From an uncultured Prevotella sp. (GTDB lineage: Bacteria > Bacteroidota > Bacteroidia > Bacteroidales > Bacteroidaceae): 64,000 nucleotides of DNA. The notes under the pieces were generated by a model. The model was not told where the DNA came from, did not search any database, and saw nothing but the letters and a program-made list of their open reading frames with translations. Below, piece by piece: positions 38,587-47,445 of this stretch. A program made the translations under genes and the position numbers. Every line of letters starts with the position of its first letter. Position 1 is the first letter of the stretch. The DNA lies in assembly GCA_937877595.1 (NCBI GenBank), contig CALFIY010000042.1:1062-65061 (forward strand), given 5' to 3'.

Positions 38587-40653
38587 ATGACAGAGACGAA
38601 TTTCAAACGTACCACAGTGACAGCCGCACTGCCATATGCAAACGGCGGTGTACACATCGGCCACCTGGCTGGAGTATACGTGCCTGCCGACATCTACGTA
38701 AGATATCTCAGGCTGAAAAAACGCGACGTAATGTTTATTGGCGGCAGCGACGAGCATGGAGTACCCATCACCATCCGCGCCCGCAAGGAAGGATGCACAC
38801 CACAAAACGTCGTGGACAGGTTCCATGAGATGATTAAGAATAGTTTTGAGGAATTCGGTATTTCCTTCGACATATACAGCCGCACTACAAGCGAAACTCA
38901 CCACAAGTTTGCTGCAGAATGGTTTCGCAAACTCTACGATGAGGGGAAACTGACGGAAGATACAACCACACAACTCTACGATGAAGAGGCGCACCAGTTC
39001 CTGGCAGACAGATACGTCACCGGCGAATGTCCGCACTGCCACAACGAAGCAGCGTATGGCGACCAGTGCGAGAAGTGCGGAAGAGACCTTTCGCCACTGG
39101 AACTAATCAATCCAAAGTCGACTATCAGCGGCTCAACGCCTGTGCTGCGCGAGACAAAGAACTGGTATCTGCCACTTAACGAATATCAGGACTGGCTGAA
39201 GAAATGGATACTGGAAGAGCATCGCGAATGGCGACCCAACGTGTACGGGCAATGCAAGAGTTGGCTTGACATGGACTTGCAGCCAAGAGCAATGACACGC
39301 GACCTCGACTGGGGAATACCAGTGCCCGTGGAGGGTGCAGAGGGAAAGGTGCTCTACGTATGGTTTGACGCACCAATAGGATATGTCAGCAACACAAAGG
39401 AACTATGCGAGAAATATCCAGAGAAATGGGGCTCGTGGCAACAATGGTGGCAGAAGGAAGACACGCGGATAGTACACTTCATAGGAAAGGACAACATCGT
39501 TTTCCACTGCATCATCTTCCCTGTGATGATGAAAGCACACGGCGGCTACACGCTGCCTGACAATGTGCCGGCCAACGAATTCCTGAACCTCGAGGACAAC
39601 AAAATCTCAACATCTAAGAACTGGGCTGTATGGCTGCATGAATATCTTGAAGACATGCCAGGCAAGCAGGACGTGCTGCGCTACGTACTCACCGCCAACG
39701 CTCCAGAGACGAAAGACAACAATTTCACATGGCGTGACTTCCAGGAGCGCAACAACAACGAACTGGTGGCCGTTTACGGAAACTTTGTAAACAGGGCACT
39801 GCAACTTACAAAGAAATACTGGCAGGGAGTAGTGCCGCAGTGCGGCGAACTGCTTGACGTAGACAATAAAGCCATCGAAGAGTTTAAGGACGTAAAGGAA
39901 AAGGTGGAGCAAATGCTGGAACAGTTCAAATTCCGCGATGCACAATTTGAGGCAATGAACCTTGCACGAATCGGCAACCGCTATATCACTGAATGTGAGC
40001 CGTGGAAAGTATGGAAGACTGACCCTAAGCGCTGCGAAACAATACTGAATATCTGCCTGCAGATAACAGCAAATCTGGCGATTGCCTTCGAGCCATTCCT
40101 GCCATTCTCATCGCAACGGCTGTTCAACATGCTGAACATCGAAAAGCCCGAATGGGAACAACTGGGGTCGACCGACCTGTTGCCGGCAGGCCATCAACTT
40201 AACGAACCGGAGTTGCTCTTTGAAAAAATAGAGGACGGCGTAATACAGAAACAGTTGGACAAACTGGAAGCAACCAAGCGCGCCAACGAAATTGAGGCAC
40301 ACAAGACAGCACCGATAAAGGAGACCGTAAGTTTTGAGGATTTTGAAAAACTTGACATCCGTGTAGGACTGGTGAAGAGTTGTCAACGCGTACCGAAATC
40401 AAAGAAACTATTGCAGTTTACCCTTGACGACGGCACAGGCAGCGACCGCACCATCTGCTCCGGCATCGCCTCATTCTATGAAAACCCTGAAGAACTCGTA
40501 GGCAAGCGCCTCCTCTTTGTGGCAAACTTTGCACCGCGCAAGATGATGGGCATTGAAAGTCAGGGCATGATACTATCTGCCGTTGATGCCGACGAAAGCC
40601 TCAGCGTAGTAACCACTACAAAGGATGTAAAGCCTGGAAGCGAGGTGGGATGA
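38587..40653 (+). CDS. metG: Methionine--tRNA ligase
   Basis: [13 protein letters not shown], zinc knuckle [24 protein letters not shown]-terminal tRNA-binding domain. Confidence 0.98.
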   Translation: MTETNFKRTTVTAALPYANGGVHIGHLAGVYVPADIYVRYLRLKKRDVMFIGGSDEHGVPITIRARKEGCTPQNVVDRFHEMIKNSFEEFGISFDIYSRTTSETHHKFAAEWFRKLYDEGKLTEDTTTQLYDEEAHQFLADRYVTGECPHCHNEAAYGDQCEKCGRDLSPLELINPKSTISGSTPVLRETKNWYLPLNEYQDWLKKWILEEHREWRPNVYGQCKSWLDMDLQPRAMTRDLDWGIPVPVEGAEGKVLYVWFDAPIGYVSNTKELCEKYPEKWGSWQQWWQKEDTRIVHFIGKDNIVFHCIIFPVMMKAHGGYTLPDNVPANEFLNLEDNKISTSKNWAVWLHEYLEDMPGKQDVLRYVLTANAPETKDNNFTWRDFQERNNNELVAVYGNFVNRALQLTKKYWQGVVPQCGELLDVDNKAIEEFKDVKEKVEQMLEQFKFRDAQFEAMNLARIGNRYITECEPWKVWKTDPKRCETILNICLQITANLAIAFEPFLPFSSQRLFNMLNIEKPEWEQLGSTDLLPAGHQLNEPELLFEKIEDGVIQKQLDKLEATKRANEIEAHKTAPIKETVSFEDFEKLDIRVGLVKSCQRVPKSKKLLQFTLDDGTGSDRTICSGIASFYENPEELVGKRLLFVANFAPRKMMGIESQGMILSAVDADESLSVVTTTKDVKPGSEVG

Positions 40654-40691
40654 CCCATATAACTACTCTATAAACATAACGATTATCGCAG

Positions 40692-42512
40692 ATGCAGGCA
40701 ATCATCTTAGCCGCAGGCATGGGACGCCGGCTGGGCGAGTACACCAAGGACAACACGAAGTGCATGGTTCCAGTGAACGGCGTACGCCTCATTGACCGAC
40801 TGCTGGGCCAACTCTCAGAGCAACAGTTGCAGCGAGTTGTCATTGTCGTAGGATACAAGGGTGACGCTCTGCGCCAACATATCGAGCAGAACTACAAAGG
40901 CCCCCTGCATATTGAATTCGTAGACAATCCCATCTTCGACCGCACAAACAACATATACTCGCTGTCGCTGGTGGAAAAGCAGTTGCAGGAAGACGACACT
41001 CTGCTCATAGAAAGCGACCTGATATTCTCAGACCGCCTGTTCTCTATGATAATCGACAACCCACATCCCAACCTGGCTCTCGTGGCAAAGTACGAGGCAT
41101 GGATGGACGGTACGATGGTGCGCATTGATGCAGAAAACAATATCGTAAACTTTGTGCCGAAAGCGGCCTTCAGATACGAAGATGTCGACCAATACTACAA
41201 AACGGTCAACATATACAAATTCTCACGCGAGTTCTCACAGCAGAAATATGTGCCATTCCTAAAAGCCTACTGTACGGCGCTGGGAAACAACGAGTACTAC
41301 GAACAAGTACTGCGCGTGATAACCCTGCTTGATCAGACCGACCTGAAAGCACTGCAAATTGGCGATGAGAAGTGGTACGAGATAGACGACAAGCAGGACT
41401 TGGACATTGCAGAAGCAATCTTTGCCAACGAAGAAGACGTGCTCCGCAAGTATTACGGACGCTACGGAGGATTTTGGCGTTTCCCGCAGATGCTTGATTT
41501 CTGCTATTTGGTAAATCCTTACTTCCCATCACAACGGATGGCTGACGAAATGAAGGCAAACTTCCAGACTCTGCTGACAGAATATCCATCGGGAATGAAG
41601 GTCAATACACTCATTGCCAGCAAATGCTTCGGCGTGAGCGAACAGTATATAGTACCTGGCAACGGAGCGGCAGAACTCATCAAGATACTGATGGAGAGTT
41701 CGCATGGTAAAGTAGGTTTCATACGTCCTACGTTTGAGGAATATCCAAACCGCTTTGATGAAGCGCGAAGGGTGACATTCACACCACGAAATCAGGACTA
41801 CCGCTACACAGCCGACGACCTGATGACATTCTTTGCTGATAAAGGCATTAGCCAGTTGATACTTATCAATCCTGATAATCCCTCTGGAAACTTTATTCCC
41901 AAGGCTGATGTGCTCCGGCTGGCACAATGGTGCGAAGAGCGCTGCATCCGTCTGGTAGTTGACGAAAGTTTCGTAGACTTCAGTCGTGACTTCGCCACAA
42001 ACTCACTATTGGACGACGACACTCTGAAACGGTATCCACACATGGCCGTGATGAAGAGCATATCAAAGAGTTACGGCGTGCCAGGCCTACGGCTGGGAAT
42101 TTTGTGCTCAGCCGACACAGAACTGATTACGGCTACGAAAAAATCGGTTTCAATTTGGAACCTCAACTCTTTCGCAGAATACTTCATGCAAATTTACAGC
42201 AAACACGAGAAAGACTACCATACAGCATGCGCTAAATTCATAGAAGAGCGCAACAGTTTTGAGAGTCAACTGCAAACGGTGCCTTTCCTGCGCGTGATGC
42301 CAACTGAGGCAAACTATTTCCTTTGTGAAGTTTTGCAACCTTACACTGCAAGCGAAATCGTGATCTACATGCTTAAGCACCATAATATACTGACTCGCGA
42401 CTGCAGTAAGAAAACCGGACTGGATACCAACCGCCAGTATATGCGCATTGCCGTACGCAACCACGACGATAACACACGACTGGTGGAAGCACTGAGAAAA
42501 TTCACAAGATGA
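40692..42512 (+). CDS. Fusion of a LicC-like (cytidylyl) NTP transferase and a HisC/CobD-like PLP-dependent enzyme
   Basis: N-terminal about 245 aa: AIILAAGMGRRL, TNNIYSL, LLIESDL, WYEIDD..DL. C-terminal: GNGAAELI, NPDNPSG, VVDESF.DF, KSISKSYGVPGLRLG. Confidence 0.88.
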   Translation: MQAIILAAGMGRRLGEYTKDNTKCMVPVNGVRLIDRLLGQLSEQQLQRVVIVVGYKGDALRQHIEQNYKGPLHIEFVDNPIFDRTNNIYSLSLVEKQLQEDDTLLIESDLIFSDRLFSMIIDNPHPNLALVAKYEAWMDGTMVRIDAENNIVNFVPKAAFRYEDVDQYYKTVNIYKFSREFSQQKYVPFLKAYCTALGNNEYYEQVLRVITLLDQTDLKALQIGDEKWYEIDDKQDLDIAEAIFANEEDVLRKYYGRYGGFWRFPQMLDFCYLVNPYFPSQRMADEMKANFQTLLTEYPSGMKVNTLIASKCFGVSEQYIVPGNGAAELIKILMESSHGKVGFIRPTFEEYPNRFDEARRVTFTPRNQDYRYTADDLMTFFADKGISQLILINPDNPSGNFIPKADVLRLAQWCEERCIRLVVDESFVDFSRDFATNSLLDDDTLKRYPHMAVMKSISKSYGVPGLRLGILCSADTELITATKKSVSIWNLNSFAEYFMQIYSKHEKDYHTACAKFIEERNSFESQLQTVPFLRVMPTEANYFLCEVLQPYTASEIVIYMLKHHNILTRDCSKKTGLDTNRQYMRIAVRNHDDNTRLVEALRKFTR

Positions 42513-43522
42513 AAATCTGTATTTGCGGAGGTGGAAACCTCGGGCATGTTGTTGCAGGCTTTGTGGCTGCACAGAAGCAGCACGACATTAGCGTGCTTAC
42601 ACGTCATCCAGAACGCTGGAGCAAGGACTTGACGATTGAAGCACCAAGAGGAACAACCTTTTCAGGACATCTGGACGGCATTTTCAGCGAAGGAAAAAAT
42701 GCCGTGGAAGATGCTGACATCGTCTTGCTTTGTCTGCCTGGCTACGCTATCCCTCAAACACTTCAGGAAATCAGAGATTTTCTGAAACCAGGCGCAGCAG
42801 TTGGAAGCGTGGTGAGCAGTACAGGGTTTTTCTTCGAGGCTATCGACTTACTCCCATCCGCCCAGCCTCTGTTCGGATTTCAGCGGGTGCCTTTCATTGC
42901 ACGCACTATAGAATACGGCAATAGCGCCCGTCTGATGGGCTATAAGGACAGCCTCAACATGGCTGTAGAACACTGCGAGGATCCTGAGTCATTGCGCAAC
43001 ACTCTGGCTGAGATATTCAAAACTCCTATAAATCTCTTGACAAGCCACTACGAGGCCAGCATCAGCAATAGCAACCCACTGATGCACACTTCGCGACTCT
43101 ATTCGTTGTGGAAAGACTGGCATGAAGGCAAGGTCTACGCGCAAGTGCCTCTGTTTTACGATGACTGGACAGAAGAGGCCGCTCTGTTGTATATCCAGAT
43201 GGACAACGAACTACAGGCCCTGCTGGAACTGCTACCTGTCAGGAAAGGCAGTATACCCTCTGTGTTAAACTACTATGAGAGCAATGACGCATCATCATTG
43301 GCCAGAAAGTTGCGTAGCATAGAGGCCTTCAAGGGCATCATGGCTCCAATGAAGAAAACAGAAGGCGGATTTGTGCCGGACATCAGTAGCCGCTATTTTA
43401 CAGAGGATTTTCCCTATGGCTTAGCACTCATTTATCGCCTTGCACATAAAAACAATGTAGATACCCCAGTAATTGATATGATATACAACTGGGGTATGAA
43501 TATTATCAAGACAATAAGATAA
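42509..43522 (+). CDS. NAD/NADP opine (octopine/nopaline) dehydrogenase family protein
   Basis: Rossmann motif ICICGGGNLGH, NSNPLMH, SRYFTEDFPYGL, TP.ID. ATGA overlap with the upstream gene. Confidence 0.88.
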   Translation: MKICICGGGNLGHVVAGFVAAQKQHDISVLTRHPERWSKDLTIEAPRGTTFSGHLDGIFSEGKNAVEDADIVLLCLPGYAIPQTLQEIRDFLKPGAAVGSVVSSTGFFFEAIDLLPSAQPLFGFQRVPFIARTIEYGNSARLMGYKDSLNMAVEHCEDPESLRNTLAEIFKTPINLLTSHYEASISNSNPLMHTSRLYSLWKDWHEGKVYAQVPLFYDDWTEEAALLYIQMDNELQALLELLPVRKGSIPSVLNYYESNDASSLARKLRSIEAFKGIMAPMKKTEGGFVPDISSRYFTEDFPYGLALIYRLAHKNNVDTPVIDMIYNWGMNIIKTIR

Positions 43523-43533
43523 AGGGGGCATGC

Positions 43534-44541
43534 CTATGCCTCTGCAAAGGCAGCAGCCTCGGCTTCAGCAATTATCTCTTCACGGGTCTTCTCTCGGGGA
43601 GCGGCAGTAATGTCATCAAGAGAGAAGTCATCGCTGACGGCATTTTCAACTTTCTGATTATTCTTTGCCTGCCTATCAGCGGTGTCGGCAGTGACACCAT
43701 CGAAGAAATTCTGCTGTTCTGCCTCCAAGTCAGGAGCGACAGCAACAGGTTCTTCCTCCATCTTGGTACGGTCGGCCTTGGCAGCAAACACAGCATCTAT
43801 GAACTGAGGCTCACGGCGAAGCCGCGCAAGAGTGTCCTTTGAAGCATGCTGCTGGCTTTCCTTCTTACTATAGCCGCTACCTGTACAGCCCTCTACACCC
43901 TCGATAACAACCTGATACACAAAAACCGGGCTTCCGTTTTTATCTGTGGTCTGCTCAAGTTGCAGGAACTCCATCCTCACACGGTTCTTCTGACTCCACT
44001 CAAGCAACTTCGACTTGAAATTGACCTCCTTGTAGGCCACCTTGTCTATATTGATAATCTGCGAAAGTATGCGATGCTCCATAAACTCCATACAGGCATT
44101 GTAGCCATGGTCGAGATAAGCAGCACCGACAAGAGCCTCAAAGGCATTGCCTCCCATGTAACTATTGTGAGAGTTTCCACAACCGGCACTCACGACAAGG
44201 TCAATGACACCCATTTCCTTAGCCAGTCTGCCCAATGTCTCACGCTGAACAAGTTTTGAGCGTGTGTTGGTGAGAAAGCCCTCGCGCTTACCTTCGAAGT
44301 GTCTATAGACAATATGTCCCACAACAGCATCGAGAACAGCGTCGCCAAGAAACTCCAGACGTTCGTTATTGATTGGCCTACCCTTTTCGTTACGCCGGCG
44401 CACGCTCTTGTGCATAAGCGCCTGCTTGTAGAGTTCTATATTGTGCGGATAGAAGCCAAGGATGGAATAAAGAGACCGCCTCAACTCCTTTTCGTCTTGG
44501 AAAGGGAGCAAGAGGCGGTCAAAGAGATTTCTAAAATTCAT
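43534..44541 (-). CDS. rnc: Ribonuclease III with acidic C-terminal extension
   Basis: NERLEFLGDAVL, FEALVGA.YLD, dsRBD NFKSKLLEWSQK..SKKESQQ. Confidence 0.95.
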   Translation of the reverse strand: MNFRNLFDRLLLPFQDEKELRRSLYSILGFYPHNIELYKQALMHKSVRRRNEKGRPINNERLEFLGDAVLDAVVGHIVYRHFEGKREGFLTNTRSKLVQRETLGRLAKEMGVIDLVVSAGCGNSHNSYMGGNAFEALVGAAYLDHGYNACMEFMEHRILSQIINIDKVAYKEVNFKSKLLEWSQKNRVRMEFLQLEQTTDKNGSPVFVYQVVIEGVEGCTGSGYSKKESQQHASKDTLARLRREPQFIDAVFAAKADRTKMEEEPVAVAPDLEAEQQNFFDGVTADTADRQAKNNQKVENAVSDDFSLDDITAAPREKTREEIIAEAEAAAFAEA

Positions 44542-44544
44542 AGT

Positions 44545-45810
44545 CTACTGATCTGTGTACTTCTTGAACACTACACAGGCGTTGTGGCCACCAAAACCAA
44601 ATGTATTGGAAAGACCAGCGCGTACCTCACGTTTCTGCGCAGTGTTGAAGGTGAAGTTCAGATTGTAGTCTATCTCCTCATCCTTGTCGTCCTCCTCGTG
44701 ATTGATGGTTGGAGGAACGATGTCGTTCTTGACAGCAAGCAGTGTTGCCATAGCCTCTACGGCACCGGCAGCACCCAGCAAGTGACCTGTCATAGACTTG
44801 GTAGAAGAGATGTTGAGTTTGTAGGCTGCGTCACCAAAGACTTCTTTGATGGCTTTTGCCTCGGAGATATCACCAACGTGCGTAGACGTTCCATGCACAT
44901 TGATATAGTCAATATCCTCTGGCTTCAAACCTGCATCCTCAAGAGCGCTCTGCATTACGAGTTTTGCACCAAGGCCTTCAGGATGAGAAGCAGTGATATG
45001 GTGAGCATCAGCACTCATACCAGCACCTGCCATTTCGGCATATATCTTAGCGCCACGAGCCTTGGCATGCTCCAACTCTTCAAGGATGAGACAGCCAGCG
45101 CCTTCGCCCATGATAAAGCCATCACGCGAAGCACTGAATGGGCGTGACGCCTTCTCCGGCTCATCATTGCGAGTAGAAAGGGCATGCATAGCATTGAAGC
45201 CACCGACACCTGTCTCGCATATTGCAGCCTCAGCACCTCCGGAAACAATTATATTGGCCTTGCCAAGACGTATCAGGTTGAAAGCGTCTGCCAGTGCATT
45301 ACTTGACGAGGCACATGCCGATGCTGTGATATAGTTTGGACCATGAAAGCCATACATTATAGAGATCTGGCCTGCTGCTATATCGGCAATCATCTTTGGT
45401 ATGAAGAAAGGATTGAACTTTGGGCCGTCATCAAAATGGGCGCCATAATATGTCACTTCATCCTGGAAAGTACGAATACCACCAATTCCGACACCAAAAA
45501 CAACACCGATGCGGTTCTTGTCCTCTGTCTCGAGATCCACGCCGCTATCTTCCACTGCCTGCTTTGCAGCGATAAGGGCCAGTTGAGTGTAACGGTCCAT
45601 CTTGCGTGCCTCCTTGCGGTCAAGATAGTCGTTGACATTAAGATCCTTCACCTCACAGGCGAATTTTGTCTTGAACTTAGTGGTGTCAAACTGCGTGATA
45701 GGGGCTGCACCACTCTTGCCTGCAAGCATATTCTTCCAGGTCTCCTCTGGCGTGTTGCCAAGTGGCGTAACGGCTCCCAATCCAGTAACCACTACTCTTT
45801 TCAATTCCAT
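44545..45810 (-). CDS. fabF: Beta-ketoacyl-ACP synthase II
   Basis: RVVVTGLG, SACASS, GFIMGEGAG, INVHGTST, KSMTGHLLGAAG, NTFGFGGHN. Confidence 0.98.
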   Translation of the reverse strand: MELKRVVVTGLGAVTPLGNTPEETWKNMLAGKSGAAPITQFDTTKFKTKFACEVKDLNVNDYLDRKEARKMDRYTQLALIAAKQAVEDSGVDLETEDKNRIGVVFGVGIGGIRTFQDEVTYYGAHFDDGPKFNPFFIPKMIADIAAGQISIMYGFHGPNYITASACASSSNALADAFNLIRLGKANIIVSGGAEAAICETGVGGFNAMHALSTRNDEPEKASRPFSASRDGFIMGEGAGCLILEELEHAKARGAKIYAEMAGAGMSADAHHITASHPEGLGAKLVMQSALEDAGLKPEDIDYINVHGTSTHVGDISEAKAIKEVFGDAAYKLNISSTKSMTGHLLGAAGAVEAMATLLAVKNDIVPPTINHEEDDKDEEIDYNLNFTFNTAQKREVRAGLSNTFGFGGHNACVVFKKYTDQ

Positions 45811-45865
45811 AAACGTATATGAAAAAAAATAAAACTACAAATAAAAAAAGATGTCTGTTTCAGAC

Positions 45866-45932
45866 AAAAAAATGAAGAATGAAGAACTCACCACCAAAAC
45901 TTTTGCGGCAGTAAATTCTTCATCCTTCACTT
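45866..45932 (-). terminator. Long hairpin (26 bp including 6 G-U) with U tail between acpP and fabF
   Basis: On the - strand AAGUGAAGGAUGAAGAAUUUACUGCC pairs continuously with GGUGGUGAGUUCUUCAUUCUUCAUUU, followed by more U. Confidence 0.7.
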
Positions 45933-45954
45933 ATCATTCTTCATTCAGAATGAT

Positions 45955-46191
45955 TTATTTTGCATTCTCCTCGATGTAAGCGATTGCATCACCAACAGTG
46001 GCAATCTTCTCAGCACGATCGTCGGGGATAGAGATACCAAACTCCTTCTCAAACTCCATGATGAGTTCAACGGTATCAAGAGAGTCTGCACCAAGGTCGT
46101 TAGTGAAACTTGCCTCTGGCTTTACTTCTGCTTCGTCTACACCAAGTTTGTCAACGATGATTGCCTTTACTTTGTTTTGAATTTCAGACAT
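45955..46191 (-). CDS. acpP: Acyl carrier protein
   Basis: [20 protein letters not shown]; 78 aa. Confidence 0.98.
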   Translation of the reverse strand: MSEIQNKVKAIIVDKLGVDEAEVKPEASFTNDLGADSLDTVELIMEFEKEFGISIPDDRAEKIATVGDAIAYIEENAK

Positions 46192-46389
46192 GATTTTTCT
46201 CTTTAAAATGTTAATACTTTATTTCTGATTTAATTTTCGCCAACCTAAACACTGCTGGTTAGCGGGTGCAAAGTAACGCATTTTTGTTGAGTTGTGCAAA
46301 AAAAAAGTATAAAAAAGCGCCTCGCTTTGCACAACCACCCCATACCTGTGCAAGTTTTTGATATATGTTAAGCGTATTTTCAACACTTT

Positions 46390-47403
46390 TCAACACTTTT
46401 CAACATCATAGCATTCTCTGCGCAGCGGATAACTGCCACGGAAATGCTCAAAAAGTGCTGGCTGACGCTTCAGCATATCGCTGTCGCGCATAGGATTATA
46501 CAACTCCAAAGGATTTCCAGTATAACAGAAAGAAGCAGGCAACTGCGGCGGAAGAATCCTGTCGGGCTTTGGCAATCCGAATTGCTGACAAATGGCACTT
46601 ACCACCATGTTGTCGGCATTGGCTTTGCCGTCGGCAGAGTAGCCTGCGATGTGCGGTGTGCCAATGAAAACACGCTGCAACAGATCCGTATTTACGTTTG
46701 GCTCGCCCTCCCACACATCTATTATCGCGTCACGCGCGCGCGAGGTTTCCAAGGCATGCAGCAAGGCAGCGTTGTCTACTACAGCACCACGTGATGTGTT
46801 GACTATGAAAGGCTGACGCTCCAACCTGCTGAAGAAAACATCGTCTGCAAGATGCCATGTCGGGTATGGTACATGTCGCGTTAGTGGTACATGAAATGTT
46901 ATGATATCTGCTCGCCGCGTCAACTCGTCAAGGGAAACAAAACCGTCACGCGACAACGGCGGATCGTTGACAAGCACTTTCATTCCAAGGTGCTCCCCAA
47001 CGTTACAAACAAGTGAACCGACATGACCACATCCCACTACTCCAAGAACATGTTGCGAAAGGTCGAGTTCGTAGTGTTTGGAAAGCAACAGAAGAGAGCA
47101 CTCAACGTACTGGGCCACAGAACTTGCGTTACAGCCTGGACAACTGACCCAACGGATGCCGGAACGCTGAAGATATTCGACATCAAGATGGTCATAGCCT
47201 ATTGTGGCTGTGGCAACAAGTTTCACGCTGCTGCCACTGAGCAGCGAGGCATCGCAACGGGTGCGCGTGCGCACCACCAAGACATCGGCATCGCGAACGT
47301 CAGTCGCACAGATATCTGCTCCAGGTAGCGCAACAACCTCTTCTGCAAGCATCCGAAGCGTCGGAAGAATATACGGTATCTTGTCGTCGACTACGATTTT
47401 CAT
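46390..47403 (-). CDS. pdxB: 4-phosphoerythronate dehydrogenase
   Basis: MKIVVDDKIPY, VRTRT, TATIGYDH, PGCNA.SV.QYV, TPHIAGYSADGK, YPLRRE. Confidence 0.92.
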   Translation of the reverse strand: MKIVVDDKIPYILPTLRMLAEEVVALPGADICATDVRDADVLVVRTRTRCDASLLSGSSVKLVATATIGYDHLDVEYLQRSGIRWVSCPGCNASSVAQYVECSLLLLSKHYELDLSQHVLGVVGCGHVGSLVCNVGEHLGMKVLVNDPPLSRDGFVSLDELTRRADIITFHVPLTRHVPYPTWHLADDVFFSRLERQPFIVNTSRGAVVDNAALLHALETSRARDAIIDVWEGEPNVNTDLLQRVFIGTPHIAGYSADGKANADNMVVSAICQQFGLPKPDRILPPQLPASFCYTGNPLELYNPMRDSDMLKRQPALFEHFRGSYPLRRECYDVEKC

Positions 47404-47445
47404 CTGTCGCTTATGTATTTAACCAACTGTATAAGACCACATATT

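Noticed and set aside
43534..43790. Acidic C-terminal tail of RNase III
   Set aside because: Low-complexity extensions of this kind are common in Bacteroidales RNase III; no sign of a new domain.
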